From Candidatus Acidiferrales bacterium (GTDB lineage Bacteria > Verrucomicrobiota > Verrucomicrobiia > Limisphaerales > UBA11358), in the NCBI GenBank assembly GCA_035499615.1, contig DATJYM010000273.1, positions 434 to 64,433 on the forward strand: DNA of 64,000 nt, given 5' to 3'. How positions within the stretch are numbered: the stretch's first letter is position 1; every line of letters begins with the position of its first letter. Both the position numbers and the translations under genes were made by a program. The notes under the pieces are model-generated. The model was not told where the DNA came from and made no database searches. It was given only the letters and a program-made list of their open reading frames with translations. Below are positions 54,779 to 64,000 of the stretch, piece by piece.

Positions 54779-54808
54779 ATCCGTGTCCATTCGGGTTCAT
54801 CCGTGATT
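54779..54808 (+). repeat. three phased decamers ATCCGTGTCC/ATTCGGGTTC/ATCCGTGATT ending 10 nt upstream of the argS GTG
   Basis: Read directly with period exactly 10. The next 10 nt, aaatcctccc, lead straight into the start codon. Confidence 0.8.
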
Positions 54809-54818
54809 AAATCCTCCC

Positions 54819-56570
54819 GTGCTCCCGCACCGACATATTGAACTCCGCCTGCAACAGGCCGTCCGCGCCGTCCTGCCGGATGCCGACATAGCCGCAGTGC
54901 TGGTTCGTCCATGTCCGGACCCGAAATTCGGCGATTACCAGAGTAACGCGCTGATGTCGCTGGCCAAGGCAAGAAAGTCAAATCCGCGGCAATTGGCCGC
55001 CGACGTTCTGGCGAAGCTGGATGTATCTGAAATTTGTGAAAGTGTTGAAATTGCCGGTGCCGGTTTTCTGAATTTTCGGCTCAAGAATTCCATGCTCGCG
55101 CAGACGCTCAAGTCCGCGGCGCGCGGCGAGCATCTTTTCTTCGACAAGGCGGCGCAGCCGAAAACCATTGTCATTGATTTCAGCTCACCGAATGTGGCCA
55201 AGCCGATGCACGTCGGACATATCCGCTCGACCATTCTGGGCGACTGCCTGGCCCGCACCTTGCGGCTGCTCGGGCACCAGGTCATTACCGACAATCACAT
55301 CGGCGACTGGGGCCTGCAATTTGGCTTGCTGGTCGTCGGTTGGAAGAAGCACCTGAATCGCGAGGCGCTTGGGGTGGAACCGCTGGGTGAAATGGAGCGG
55401 CTTTACAAGCTGGCGTTTGCCGCCAGCCAGGCCGACGCAAAAGTCCTGGAGGAAGCGCGGCAGGAGCTCGTCAAATTGCAGCGTCGTGACCCGGAAAATC
55501 TCGGCATCTGGGGGGAAATGCGCGATCTTTCCTTGCGCCAATTCAGTTCCGTTTACGACCGCCTGGGGGTGAGATTCGATCATACTTACGGAGAAAGTTC
55601 CTACAATGCCCGTCTGGAATTCCTGGTTCAGGATTTGATCGCCCAGGGCATCGCACGCGAAAGCGAAGGCGCGATTGTGGTTTTCTTCGACGATATTCCC
55701 CAGTTATCCAAACAACCGCTCATCATCCGGAAGAGTGACGGCGGGTTCAATTATGCCACCACCGATCTGGCGACGCTCGAATTCCGACTCGATTCGTGGA
55801 AGCCCAATGAAATCATTTACGTCACCGACGGCCGTCAGCAATTGCATTTCCAGCAGGTCTTCGCCGCGTTCCAAAAATGGCGACAGGCCAATTCCGAGCT
55901 CCGCAGTTCGAACCATGGACTCAAATTGGCCCATGTGTGGTTCGGCTCAATCCTGGGTGAGGACGGCAAGCCGTTCAAAACCCGCAGCGGCGAAACCGTG
56001 AAACTGACGGACCTGTTGGATGAAGCCGAAGAGCGCGCCTTTAGAATCGTGTCTGAAAAGAACCCCGATTTGCCGGAGGCGCAGCGGCGCGAGATCGCGC
56101 GCGTGGTCGGACTGGGCGCGGTGAAATACGCCGACCTGCTGCCGAACCGGCAGAGCGATTACGTGTTCAGCTGGGACAAGATGCTGGCACTCAACGGCAA
56201 TACCGCTCCGTATCTCCAGTACGCCTACACGCGGATCAAAAGCATTTTCCGGAAGGTGGCGGAAACATCGAACATCGAACGTCGAACAACGAACATTGAA
56301 TTGACCGAACCCGAAGAAATTGTGCTGGCGAAGCATTTACTGAATTTTGGGCTGACGCTGGAAGCCGCGGCCGAGGAATACCGCCCGAATTTTCTCTGCA
56401 ATTATCTTTTCGAACTGGCCGGAAAATTCACCGCGTTCTATGAAAATTGCCCGGTGCTCAAAGCCGATGACGCCACCCGGGCCGGCCGGCTCGCGTTATG
56501 TGATTTGACCGCGCGCGTTCTCCAACAGGGACTGGAAGCCCTCGGCATCGAAACGGTGGAACAGATGTGA
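54819..56570 (+). CDS. argS: arginine--tRNA ligase
   Basis: 583 aa with GTG start. HIGH-type motif SSPNVAKPMHVGHIRSTILGD and a C-terminal DALR-type domain. Confidence 0.93.
   Translation: MLPHRHIELRLQQAVRAVLPDADIAAVLVRPCPDPKFGDYQSNALMSLAKARKSNPRQLAADVLAKLDVSEICESVEIAGAGFLNFRLKNSMLAQTLKSAARGEHLFFDKAAQPKTIVIDFSSPNVAKPMHVGHIRSTILGDCLARTLRLLGHQVITDNHIGDWGLQFGLLVVGWKKHLNREALGVEPLGEMERLYKLAFAASQADAKVLEEARQELVKLQRRDPENLGIWGEMRDLSLRQFSSVYDRLGVRFDHTYGESSYNARLEFLVQDLIAQGIARESEGAIVVFFDDIPQLSKQPLIIRKSDGGFNYATTDLATLEFRLDSWKPNEIIYVTDGRQQLHFQQVFAAFQKWRQANSELRSSNHGLKLAHVWFGSILGEDGKPFKTRSGETVKLTDLLDEAEERAFRIVSEKNPDLPEAQRREIARVVGLGAVKYADLLPNRQSDYVFSWDKMLALNGNTAPYLQYAYTRIKSIFRKVAETSNIERRTTNIELTEPEEIVLAKHLLNFGLTLEAAAEEYRPNFLCNYLFELAGKFTAFYENCPVLKADDATRAGRLALCDLTARVLQQGLEALGIETVEQM
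56264..56303. repeat. 7-nt-period array (AACATCG-type, 5 units) inside the argS coding sequence
   Basis: The sequence aacatcg aacatcg aacgtcg aacaacg aacattg encodes ETSNIERRTTNIELT in frame. Confidence 0.9.
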
Positions 56571-56620
56571 GTAACGGAGAACCGCTTGCCTCCGGAGTGG
56601 AAACGGTTTAACAAGACGCT

Positions 56621-57154
56621 ATGCAGACTCCCCTGGTGATGACGATTATCGGCCCGGATCGGACCGGGCTGGTCGAGTCCGTCGCGCGCGTGGTGGCCGA
56701 GCACGGTGGAAATTGGCTGGAAAGCCGCATGTCGCGGCTCGGGGGCGAATTCGCCGGCATCCTGCGCATTGAACTGCCCGCAGACAAAAGACAACCCCTG
56801 CTCGACGCCCTGCAAAAATTGCAGGGCGCCGGCCTGACCGTCGTCGTCCGACCCGATGACCCCAAGACGCCGGCGGCCTTGGGCCGGCAGACCCGGCTCG
56901 AAATCGTCGGGCACGACCGTCCGGGGATTGTCCGTGAAATCACGCACGCGCTGGCGCAGGCCGGCGTCAACGTCGAGGAATTCTCCAGTCAACTCCTCAG
57001 CGCGCCGATGTCCGGGGAAATCCTGTTCAAAGCCAGCGCGGATCTGCGGCTGCCGGAGGGCTGTGATCTGGCGGCGTTGAAAACCGAGCTGGAAAAGATT
57101 GCCGCCGATCTGCTGGTGGATGTTTCCCTGGTGGAATTGCAGCACAAAGGTTGA
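56621..57154 (+). CDS. tandem ACT-domain protein (GcvR-like)
   Basis: 177 aa with two ACT-like units (MTIIGPDRTGLVESVARVVAEHGGN and LEIVGHDRPGIVREITHALAQAGVN). Confidence 0.75.
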   Translation: MQTPLVMTIIGPDRTGLVESVARVVAEHGGNWLESRMSRLGGEFAGILRIELPADKRQPLLDALQKLQGAGLTVVVRPDDPKTPAALGRQTRLEIVGHDRPGIVREITHALAQAGVNVEEFSSQLLSAPMSGEILFKASADLRLPEGCDLAALKTELEKIAADLLVDVSLVELQHKG

Positions 57155-57158
57155 GACG

Positions 57159-57707
57159 CTAGAACCAGCGGCGGACACGGGCTTTATAAGCGCGATACGC
57201 GTCGCCAAACCTGGCCTCGAGATACCGTTCCTCCCGCAAAACGATTCTCCAGTGTACAAACGCCAGCACCGGCACCAGCAGGATCAGCAACCACAGGGCG
57301 TCGCAGCACAGGGTGATGCCCAGATAAAGAGTGATGAGCGACAGATAAAGCGGATTCCGCGATAACCGAAAGGGACCGCCGGTCACCAGCACGGTGGCGG
57401 GGCGGTCGGGACGCACGTTGGTGCCCGCCCGGTGCATGGTGGCGCTGCCCCACACTCCCAATCCAATGGCTGCGAGGCAGAACACGACGCCCCACATCCG
57501 TGACGGACCGGGCGGGAACGGCCGCAGAGGCATCAGCCACTGGCAGCACAACCCCAGCCCTAATCCGCCCAAAAAAAGCAACGGGGGACAGGCGAAAACC
57601 CCGGGCGAATCTTTTGAATGGTCAGCCACAGGCACAATCTGATGAAACAGTAACAGGGTTTGGCCAAAAGGCCAATCAGGAGACGGATTGACGCGCGCAA
57701 AACCCAT
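57159..57707 (-). CDS. isoprenylcysteine carboxyl methyltransferase-family membrane methyltransferase
   Basis: Contains RLSRNPLYLS and the C-terminal EERYLEARFGDAYRAYKARVRRW. Confidence 0.8.
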   Translation of the reverse strand: MGFARVNPSPDWPFGQTLLLFHQIVPVADHSKDSPGVFACPPLLFLGGLGLGLCCQWLMPLRPFPPGPSRMWGVVFCLAAIGLGVWGSATMHRAGTNVRPDRPATVLVTGGPFRLSRNPLYLSLITLYLGITLCCDALWLLILLVPVLAFVHWRIVLREERYLEARFGDAYRAYKARVRRWF

Positions 57708-57766
57708 CCGGCTTTATGCACAAAAATTCATGTTCAACCGCCGGGATTTGATTAACTCTTCACACC

Positions 57767-58909
57767 ATGTTTGAGCTCCTCCAGACCGATCCGCAGACCA
57801 AAGCGCGGCTTGGGAAATTGCACACCCCACACGGCGTCGTGGAAACACCGGTGTTCATGCCCGTCGGGACGCAGGCCAGCGTGAAGGCACTCGACCCGCG
57901 CGAACTGCTGGAAATGGGCACCCAAATCATCCTCGGCAATACGTATCACCTCAATATCCGGCCCGGGCTCGACATCCTCCGCGCCGCCGGCGGCTTGCAC
58001 CGATTTATGAACTGGGAAAAGCCGATTCTTACCGACAGCGGTGGATTCCAGGTCTTCAGCCTCGCCAAAATCAGGAAAATCAAGCCACACGGCGTCGAAT
58101 TCCGTTCGCACCTTGACGGCTCACCCCTGTTTCTGGGCCCGAAAGAAGCGATGGAAATTCAGCGTGTCCTGGGCGCTGACATCGCGATGGTCTTCGACGA
58201 ATGTCCGCCGCACGACGCGCCGGCCCGTGAGCAACGACTTGCCGTCGAACGCACCCTTCGCTGGGCGCGCGAATGCCGGGAACAGCCCCGCGCCGAGGGA
58301 CAACTCGTCTTCGGCATCGTGCAGGGCGGCTCCAACGCCGCCTTGCGCGAGGAATGCGCCAGGGCGCTCGTCGCCATGGATTTCGACGGTTATGCCATCG
58401 GCGGCGTGAGCGTCGGCGAACCCGAGCCGGAAATGTTAAAGGCAATTGAAGTTACCGAGCCCTTTTTGCCCGCCCAACAGGCGCGATATGCCATGGGCCT
58501 GGGCACGCCCGCGCAGATGATTGAGTTGATGGCGCGCGGCGTGGACATGTTTGACTGCGTATTGCCCACGCGCGTGGCGCGCAACGGCACGGCGTTCACC
58601 CGCCGCGGCGCCTTCGGCCTCAAAGGCGCCGCCTACAAGGCGGATTTCCGGCCGATTGAAGAAACCTGCGACTGCTTCGCGTGCCGGCATTTCACGCGGG
58701 CGTACCTCCGGCATTTGCTGAACGTGAACGAGATTCTCGGTTTGCGGATGGTGAGCGTCCACAACTCGCATTTGTTTTTGAAAATCATGGCCGACGCGCG
58801 CGCCGCGATTGCGGCGGGGACCTTTGGCCGGTTCCACCGTGATTTCATTGCCCATTACGTGCCGTCGCGAAAGGTGCTTTCCGCACGCCAGGCGCAAATT
58901 GAAAGATAA
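57767..58909 (+). CDS. tgt: tRNA-guanine transglycosylase (queuine tRNA-ribosyltransferase)
   Basis: Motif LTDSGGFQVFSL and the zinc site CDCFACRHFTRAYLRHL. Confidence 0.95.
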   Translation: MFELLQTDPQTKARLGKLHTPHGVVETPVFMPVGTQASVKALDPRELLEMGTQIILGNTYHLNIRPGLDILRAAGGLHRFMNWEKPILTDSGGFQVFSLAKIRKIKPHGVEFRSHLDGSPLFLGPKEAMEIQRVLGADIAMVFDECPPHDAPAREQRLAVERTLRWARECREQPRAEGQLVFGIVQGGSNAALREECARALVAMDFDGYAIGGVSVGEPEPEMLKAIEVTEPFLPAQQARYAMGLGTPAQMIELMARGVDMFDCVLPTRVARNGTAFTRRGAFGLKGAAYKADFRPIEETCDCFACRHFTRAYLRHLLNVNEILGLRMVSVHNSHLFLKIMADARAAIAAGTFGRFHRDFIAHYVPSRKVLSARQAQIER

Positions 58910-58976
58910 AAAGACCTTGCTACCGTCCGGGGATGTGGCACTTTGTTGGGATTGTAAAAACAAATTTTGACAAGTT

Positions 58977-59315
58977 ATGGAAAAGCCCAAGATTGTTGCT
59001 TATTTGAAGCCGACCTGCGGTTGGAGCCAGGGTGTCCGGGCGATATTGCGCAAATACGACCTGCCCTTTGAAGATCGCGATGTCATCAACGACCCCTTGC
59101 AGCGGCAGGAGATGATCGAGAAGAGCGGACAGATGCTCAGTCCGTGCGTCGAGATTAACGGTCAGATGCTCGCCGACGTCAGCGGTGAGGAAGTCGAGGC
59201 GTGGATGCTGGCGAACAAAATCGTGCTGCCCAACGACCGCGAGGCGGACGCGCCGACCAACCAGCCTTGCGCCAACGAAGCACCGGCGAGCGCACCGCTG
59301 AATTTTGTGCGCTGA
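58977..59315 (+). CDS. glutaredoxin-like thioredoxin-fold protein
   Basis: KIVAYLKPTCGWSQGVRAILRKYDLPFEDRDV has a Grx-like fold with a single Cys in the CGWS context. Confidence 0.65.
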   Translation: MEKPKIVAYLKPTCGWSQGVRAILRKYDLPFEDRDVINDPLQRQEMIEKSGQMLSPCVEINGQMLADVSGEEVEAWMLANKIVLPNDREADAPTNQPCANEAPASAPLNFVR

Positions 59316-59382
59316 AAAATAGATTTGTGGGGACGTTCTGTGAAGGTGGCTGACGTTTGCAACAATCACAAAATGTACTGAC

Positions 59383-59420
59383 AAAACCGCGTTGGAAGTT
59401 TCCGGCGCGGTTTTTTCTTT
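59383..59420 (+). terminator. rho-independent terminator
   Basis: The stem aaaaccgcg...cgcggtttt is followed by ttttcttt, 68 nt after the glutaredoxin-like gene. Confidence 0.8.
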
Positions 59421-59552
59421 AAGGCGATGCCGGTTGCAGCTTCCGGTGGGGCGAGCGTCCGCGCGGGCCGGTTGGTCAGGAGCCTCGCCCGCAAAAACGA
59501 ACCGCTTCCTTTTCTTTCGTGAATTCAGCGGCGATTCCGGGTAAATAAAATC

Positions 59553-60455
59553 ATGCGAATCGTTTCAAAGATTGCCGCCATGCAAGAACTGGCCCGGCGC
59601 TGGAAACAGGCCGGCACGCGGATCGGGCTGGTGCCGACGATGGGCTGTTTGCACGCGGGACATTTAAGCCTCGTCCAACACGCGCGCCGGGCCGTTGGCA
59701 AGCGCGGCGCCGTGGTCGTGAGCATTTATGTCAACCCAACGCAGTTCGGCGCGAACGAGGATTTTTCCAAATACCCGCGCGATTTGAAGCGTGATCTGAA
59801 GCTCTGTCGGGATGCCGGCGTGGATTTTGTCTTCACGCCGAGTGACAAAGAAATGTATCCACGGTGGGGCGAGGCTACTGACGAGCCGGCTCGTGAGGAC
59901 GCTCGCCCCACCAAGAAATATAGCACCTATGTTGTGGAGGAAGAATTATCGCAGAACATGGAAGGCGCAGCGCGGCCGGCACATTTCCGGGGCGTGACGA
60001 CCGTGGTGGCGAAGCTGTTCCATCTCGTGCAGCCGGACATGGCCGTGTTCGGCCAAAAGGATTTTCAGCAGGCGGCCATCGTCAAACGCATGGTCGCGGA
60101 TTTGAATTTCCCGGTGAAAATCATCGTCGCACCCACGGTGCGTGAGACGGACGGCCTGGCGATGAGTTCGCGCAATAAATATCTCGATAGTCATTTGCGA
60201 CGGCAAGCCACGGTGCTCTGGTGTGCGATTCAAGTCGCGCGCGTCACCGTCAAGAAAACGAACGTGTTTCCTGCCGCCCGGCTGAAGGCGGCGGTAAAAA
60301 AACTGGTCGAATGCGAGCCCGATGCGAAACTGGATTACGTGGAATTCTTTGAACCCGAAACGCTCGCGCCCGTGGCGAAAGTCAAGGCGGGCACCCAAAT
60401 GGCGCTGGCGTTGTTCGTGGGCAAGACCCGATTGATTGATAACGCGCAACTGTAA
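59553..60455 (+). CDS. panC: pantoate--beta-alanine ligase
   Basis: Motif VPTMGCLHAGHLSLV and the RPAHFRGVTTVV region. Its stop shares one nucleotide with the nadB ATG (TAATG). Confidence 0.92.
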   Translation: MRIVSKIAAMQELARRWKQAGTRIGLVPTMGCLHAGHLSLVQHARRAVGKRGAVVVSIYVNPTQFGANEDFSKYPRDLKRDLKLCRDAGVDFVFTPSDKEMYPRWGEATDEPAREDARPTKKYSTYVVEEELSQNMEGAARPAHFRGVTTVVAKLFHLVQPDMAVFGQKDFQQAAIVKRMVADLNFPVKIIVAPTVRETDGLAMSSRNKYLDSHLRRQATVLWCAIQVARVTVKKTNVFPAARLKAAVKKLVECEPDAKLDYVEFFEPETLAPVAKVKAGTQMALALFVGKTRLIDNAQL

Positions 60456-62050
60456 TGAAGCAATTCGACTTTATCATCTTAGGCAGCGGCATTGCCGGGT
60501 TGTCCTTCGCGCTGAAGGTTGCGCCGGGCCGGCGGGTGGCCATTGTCACCAAAAAGGACCGCGCGGAATCGAACACAAACTACGCGCAGGGCGGCATCGC
60601 GTCGGTGACGAGCAAGGAGGACTCGTTTGCATTGCACTTGCGGGACACGCTGACAGCCGGCGCGGGCCTGTGCAAGGAGAGCGTCGTCCGTACCATTGTG
60701 GAGGAAGGCCCGGCGCGGATTCAGGAGTTGATCGAACTCGGCATGAAGTTCTCCGAGCGCGAGGCGCCGGCCGGGGATGGCGGCAAGGAACTGGACCTGG
60801 GCAAGGAGGGCGGGCACTCGAAGCGGCGCATCCTGCACGCCAAGGATGTGACCGGGCGCGAGATTGAGCGCGCGCTGCTGAATGCGGTGGCCCGGCAGCC
60901 GAATATCCAGATGTTTGAAAATCACATTGCGATTGATTTGATTACCAGCCAGAAACTCGGCCACGCGGGCGCCAATCGCTGTCTTGGAGCGTACGTATTC
61001 GACAAAAAGGCCAATCGCGTCTGGGCTTTCACGGCACCGGCGACGCTGGTGGCCACGGGCGGCTGCGGCAAGGTTTACCTTTACACGACGAACCCCGACA
61101 TCGCGACCGGCGACGGCGTGGCGATGGCGTATCGCGCGGGCGCGACGATTGCCAACATGGAATTCGTCCAATTCCATCCGACGTGCCTTTACCATTCGCA
61201 GGCAAAATCGTTTCTCATCAGCGAAGCCGTGCGGGGCGAAGGCGGTGTATTAAAAACGCTGGAAGGAAGGGAATTCATGGATGCTTATCATCCATTGAAA
61301 TCACTGGCGCCGCGGGACATCGTGGCGCGGGCAATTGACAGCGAGATGAAAAAGAGCGGCGCGGAACACGTGTGGCTGGACATTACGCACCGGCCGGCGC
61401 GGTTTATCATCGAGCGATTCCCGAATATTTACCAGACCTGCCTGCGTTACGGCATTGACATCACCAAGGAACCGATTCCCGTCGTGCCGGCGGCGCATTA
61501 TCAATGCGGCGGCGTGGTGACTAATGTGGATGGCGAGACGGATATCGCGGGGCTTTGCGCCGTGGGCGAAGCCGCCTGCACCGGCCTGCACGGTGCCAAC
61601 CGGCTGGCAAGCAATTCACTGCTGGAAGCGCTGGTGTGCGCCCACCGCGCGGCGCAGAAAGCCATTTCCAGTCCGCTGCAAAAGATTGAGGCTGAAATTC
61701 CGCTGTGGCAGTCCGGCAACGCCCACAATCCGGACGAAATGGTGGTGGTGTCGCACAACTGGGACGAGATCCGGCGGCTGATGTGGGATTACGTCGGCAT
61801 CGTCCGCACGAACAAACGACTGGAGCGTGCGGCCAAGCGCATCGCCAATTTGCAGGAGGAAATTCGCGAGTATTACTGGAATTTTATCGTGACCAGCGAT
61901 TTGCTGGAGCTCCGCAACATCGCCACGGTGGCCGAACTGATTGTGCGCTGCGCGCAATTGCGCCCCGAAAGCCGCGGCCTGCATTACAACCTCGATTATC
62001 TGCATCCCAATCCCGCCTGGGCCCAGCGCGATTCGATTTTAAGAAAATAG
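60455..62050 (+). CDS. nadB: L-aspartate oxidase
   Basis: FAD-binding motif DFIILGSGIAGLSFAL. Also RGEGGVL and HYQCGG motifs. Confidence 0.93.
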   Translation: MKQFDFIILGSGIAGLSFALKVAPGRRVAIVTKKDRAESNTNYAQGGIASVTSKEDSFALHLRDTLTAGAGLCKESVVRTIVEEGPARIQELIELGMKFSEREAPAGDGGKELDLGKEGGHSKRRILHAKDVTGREIERALLNAVARQPNIQMFENHIAIDLITSQKLGHAGANRCLGAYVFDKKANRVWAFTAPATLVATGGCGKVYLYTTNPDIATGDGVAMAYRAGATIANMEFVQFHPTCLYHSQAKSFLISEAVRGEGGVLKTLEGREFMDAYHPLKSLAPRDIVARAIDSEMKKSGAEHVWLDITHRPARFIIERFPNIYQTCLRYGIDITKEPIPVVPAAHYQCGGVVTNVDGETDIAGLCAVGEAACTGLHGANRLASNSLLEALVCAHRAAQKAISSPLQKIEAEIPLWQSGNAHNPDEMVVVSHNWDEIRRLMWDYVGIVRTNKRLERAAKRIANLQEEIREYYWNFIVTSDLLELRNIATVAELIVRCAQLRPESRGLHYNLDYLHPNPAWAQRDSILRK

Positions 62051-62074
62051 CGGTGGGTATGTCGCCGTCACGTC

Positions 62075-62638
62075 TCAGTGAACCGCCTGCAGTAAATCCA
62101 GATTTTTTCGGGTTTGATCCACCAGATCCTCAAACTGGGACAGTTGGGCCGGAGTGATTAAAATTCTCGGACTGTTGGTGCTGTAGTCCTGCAGGAAATA
62201 TTGAATGACGCCGCGCCGTTGGCTGGTGAAAGCACCGACCCGCAGCCCGGACCGGGTGACGTAGCCGGCAACAAATGTGGGCAGCTCGGTCACTTTGTAA
62301 TCGATCCGGGCAAGGTAATTCAACCCGTTGATCAGTGAATTCATTTCGTCGTAGTCCACCACTCTTTTCCACGCCCGTTGGTCATTGGCAACCACCTCGA
62401 CGGCCATGCCGTATTGTCTGCGGCCGGTGCTTACATTCACAGATTCCTTGCCGATCACGTTGATGGTCAATGCGTCAACGGCTAAAGAACCGATCTGGCC
62501 GGCACCTTTGACAATGACCGTTCCGGTCTGGGCCTCGAACGTTTCCAATTCGGTCGGGGGCAGGTTGGTGATTTGGGCGCGAGCGGCAAGTGTGCATAAG
62601 CCCGAAGCCATGATTAAAGCGATGCAAAATCTGCTCAT
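62075..62638 (-). CDS. hypothetical secreted protein
   Basis: 187 aa with signal-peptide-like MSRFCIALIMASGLCTLAARAQ. No family recognised. Confidence 0.55.
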   Translation of the reverse strand: MSRFCIALIMASGLCTLAARAQITNLPPTELETFEAQTGTVIVKGAGQIGSLAVDALTINVIGKESVNVSTGRRQYGMAVEVVANDQRAWKRVVDYDEMNSLINGLNYLARIDYKVTELPTFVAGYVTRSGLRVGAFTSQRRGVIQYFLQDYSTNSPRILITPAQLSQFEDLVDQTRKNLDLLQAVH

Positions 62639-62787
62639 GAGGTTCCTCCTTGGAAATGGGTTGTCCGCATTTGGGTTTGAAACCCCGGCGAGCGGGGAAA
62701 GTTTCTCCCGTAAAGGACCGGTCAGTCCGGCCGCAGTGCTTTTAAAGATTGAATTTCTCCAATTTTTGTGGCTTCTTACGAACCGGC

Positions 62788-62862
62788 GCGCGGTTAGCTC
62801 AGCGGTAGAGCACCAGTATCACACACTGGGGGTCGCAGGTTCAAAACCTGCACCGCGCACCA
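62788..62862 (+). tRNA. tRNA-Val (anticodon CAC), CCA encoded
   Basis: GCGCGGTTAGCTCAGCGGTAGAGCACCAGTATCACACACTGGGGGTCGCAGGTTCAAAACCTGCACCGCGCACCA. Anticodon loop ATCACAC. Confidence 0.95.
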
Positions 62863-63979
62863 GCTCACCCCCGGGTGAACCTTTGCGCCACTCCGTGCCA
62901 GGAAGCGACTTCAAGCCCATATCTACAGTCTTTTTTGCGGTTTTAATCCCCTCTTTTTTCGTGACAGGCAATGACACCAAAAGACCTCCAAAGCCATTTC
63001 TTTGTGCGTCTCTTTGTGCGTCATCCGTTGAACCGAACCACGGCAGTTTCTCAACCGCACTTCGCAATGCAAACAACGAGGCATCCGCATACGTGCTCGC
63101 CGTCAGCCGAGGGTCATTATGCCGCATTAGTTCCATCGCCTCACGTTGCGGAACGCCGGCCCGGTGCAGATTCGTGCAGAACGTGTGACGCAACGAATGA
63201 AAGTCCACAACACGCCCTTGCGAGTCAACTTTCTCAATACCAGCTTTTTTCAATATCAAATTGAACTTCTCCGAACGAGGAACAATACCCGCAAACACAA
63301 AATCACCCGCAACAGCATTCGAGGGACGGAACTTTGCCAATTCGGCCAGCAACACAGGATGCACCGGCAGGCACGCTTGCTTGTGGTTCTTGCTGATCGA
63401 AGCCCGTACCAACACCGAAGGCTTTTCGACGCTCAAGTTGAAATCTCCCCATCGTAACCGTTTTAATTCACCATGACGAATACCTGTCAACAATGCAGTT
63501 AGACACGCCAATCTATATTTGCCCGCCGCCTTTAACAAAACCTCTACCTCATCATCCGTGTAAGCACGCCGGGGACGAACTTCCCTTCCACGGGCCTCCA
63601 CCTTCTGAACCGATGCCAGCGGATTCGACGCCAGCCGCTCTTGTGACACCATCCAATTCAAAACCCCCTTCGCGCTTGCAAGGTACTCGTTTAGTGTCTT
63701 TGGCGAGTGCCTTTGCCCGCTGCGCCACCTTACGAACGAATCCGGAGTCACCTGCCTGACCGATTGCCACCCGCAAGCAGCACACAACGATGTCAGCTTG
63801 TGTTCCTCCTGCCTGATATATTTCTCATCGCGGCCTTTAGCTTTCAAGTCGCCTATAAAATCACCAACGTGCATCGCCAGGAACGCTTGCGCTGCCTCCC
63901 TTTGCCCTCTCGGTGGAATCAGCCCGGCCAGTTCCCTCTCCCGTTCCTGAACGATTTTACGCGCTTTCTCCTCAGCCAC
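62819..63979 (-). mobile_element. tyrosine-type site-specific recombinase (phage-type integrase) whose ORF runs into the 3' half of tRNA-Val
   Basis: 386 aa. Catalytic residues lie in LLTGIRHGEL (Arg), HSLRHTFCT (HxxR) and LMRHNDPRLTASTYADAS (His and Tyr). The last 11 aa, RGAGFEPATPS, are the antisense reading of the tRNA T-arm. Confidence 0.88.
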
Positions 63980-64000
63980 CTGCCGGTCAGATACGCCTAA

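Overview
This 64-kb chromosomal window is densely packed with housekeeping genes. Sampled 60-nt lines give mostly about 55-68% GC. I call about 60 protein genes. They include pntA (cut by the window edge), trpF, feoAB, a cysteine desulfurase, dnaN, thrS, korAB, an NtrB/NtrC-type pair, a MacAB-like exporter, trpD, proC, prfA, rpmE, mnmG, pgi, an S8 protease, groEL/groES/dnaK, pyrE, ptsN, argS, tgt, panC and nadB. There are also three tRNAs (Leu-UAG, Gln-UUG, Val-CAC) and one tmRNA. The right edge carries a tyrosine integrase abutting tRNA-Val, which marks an integrated element that continues beyond the window. I saw no rRNA, CRISPR array or recognisable defence, toxin or secondary-metabolite cluster. 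Shine-Dalgarno-less AU/CA-rich leaders and characteristic repeat-encoded peptides suggest a PVC/Verrucomicrobiota-like organism. That is inference from memory and cannot be checked here. The most unusual content is mostly non-genic. (1) A family of 7-nt-period mini-arrays forms inverted hairpins that end exactly at start codons, and also sits in frame inside sua5 and argS. (2) Phased 10-nt ATCYGYG repeats lie directly upstream of both aminoacyl-tRNA synthetase genes. (3) A roughly 70-nt hairpin element occurs in two copies. (4) thrS carries a roughly 95-aa low-GC charged insertion in its catalytic core. (5) A 3.7-kb low-GC block next to tRNA-Gln carries only mnmG and pgi. (6) Two unrelated secreted hydrolases share a C-terminal module. 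(7) The dnaK leader has a TGGCAC-type palindrome and no CIRCE. All protein identifications rest on motif recognition by eye; no database search was run.
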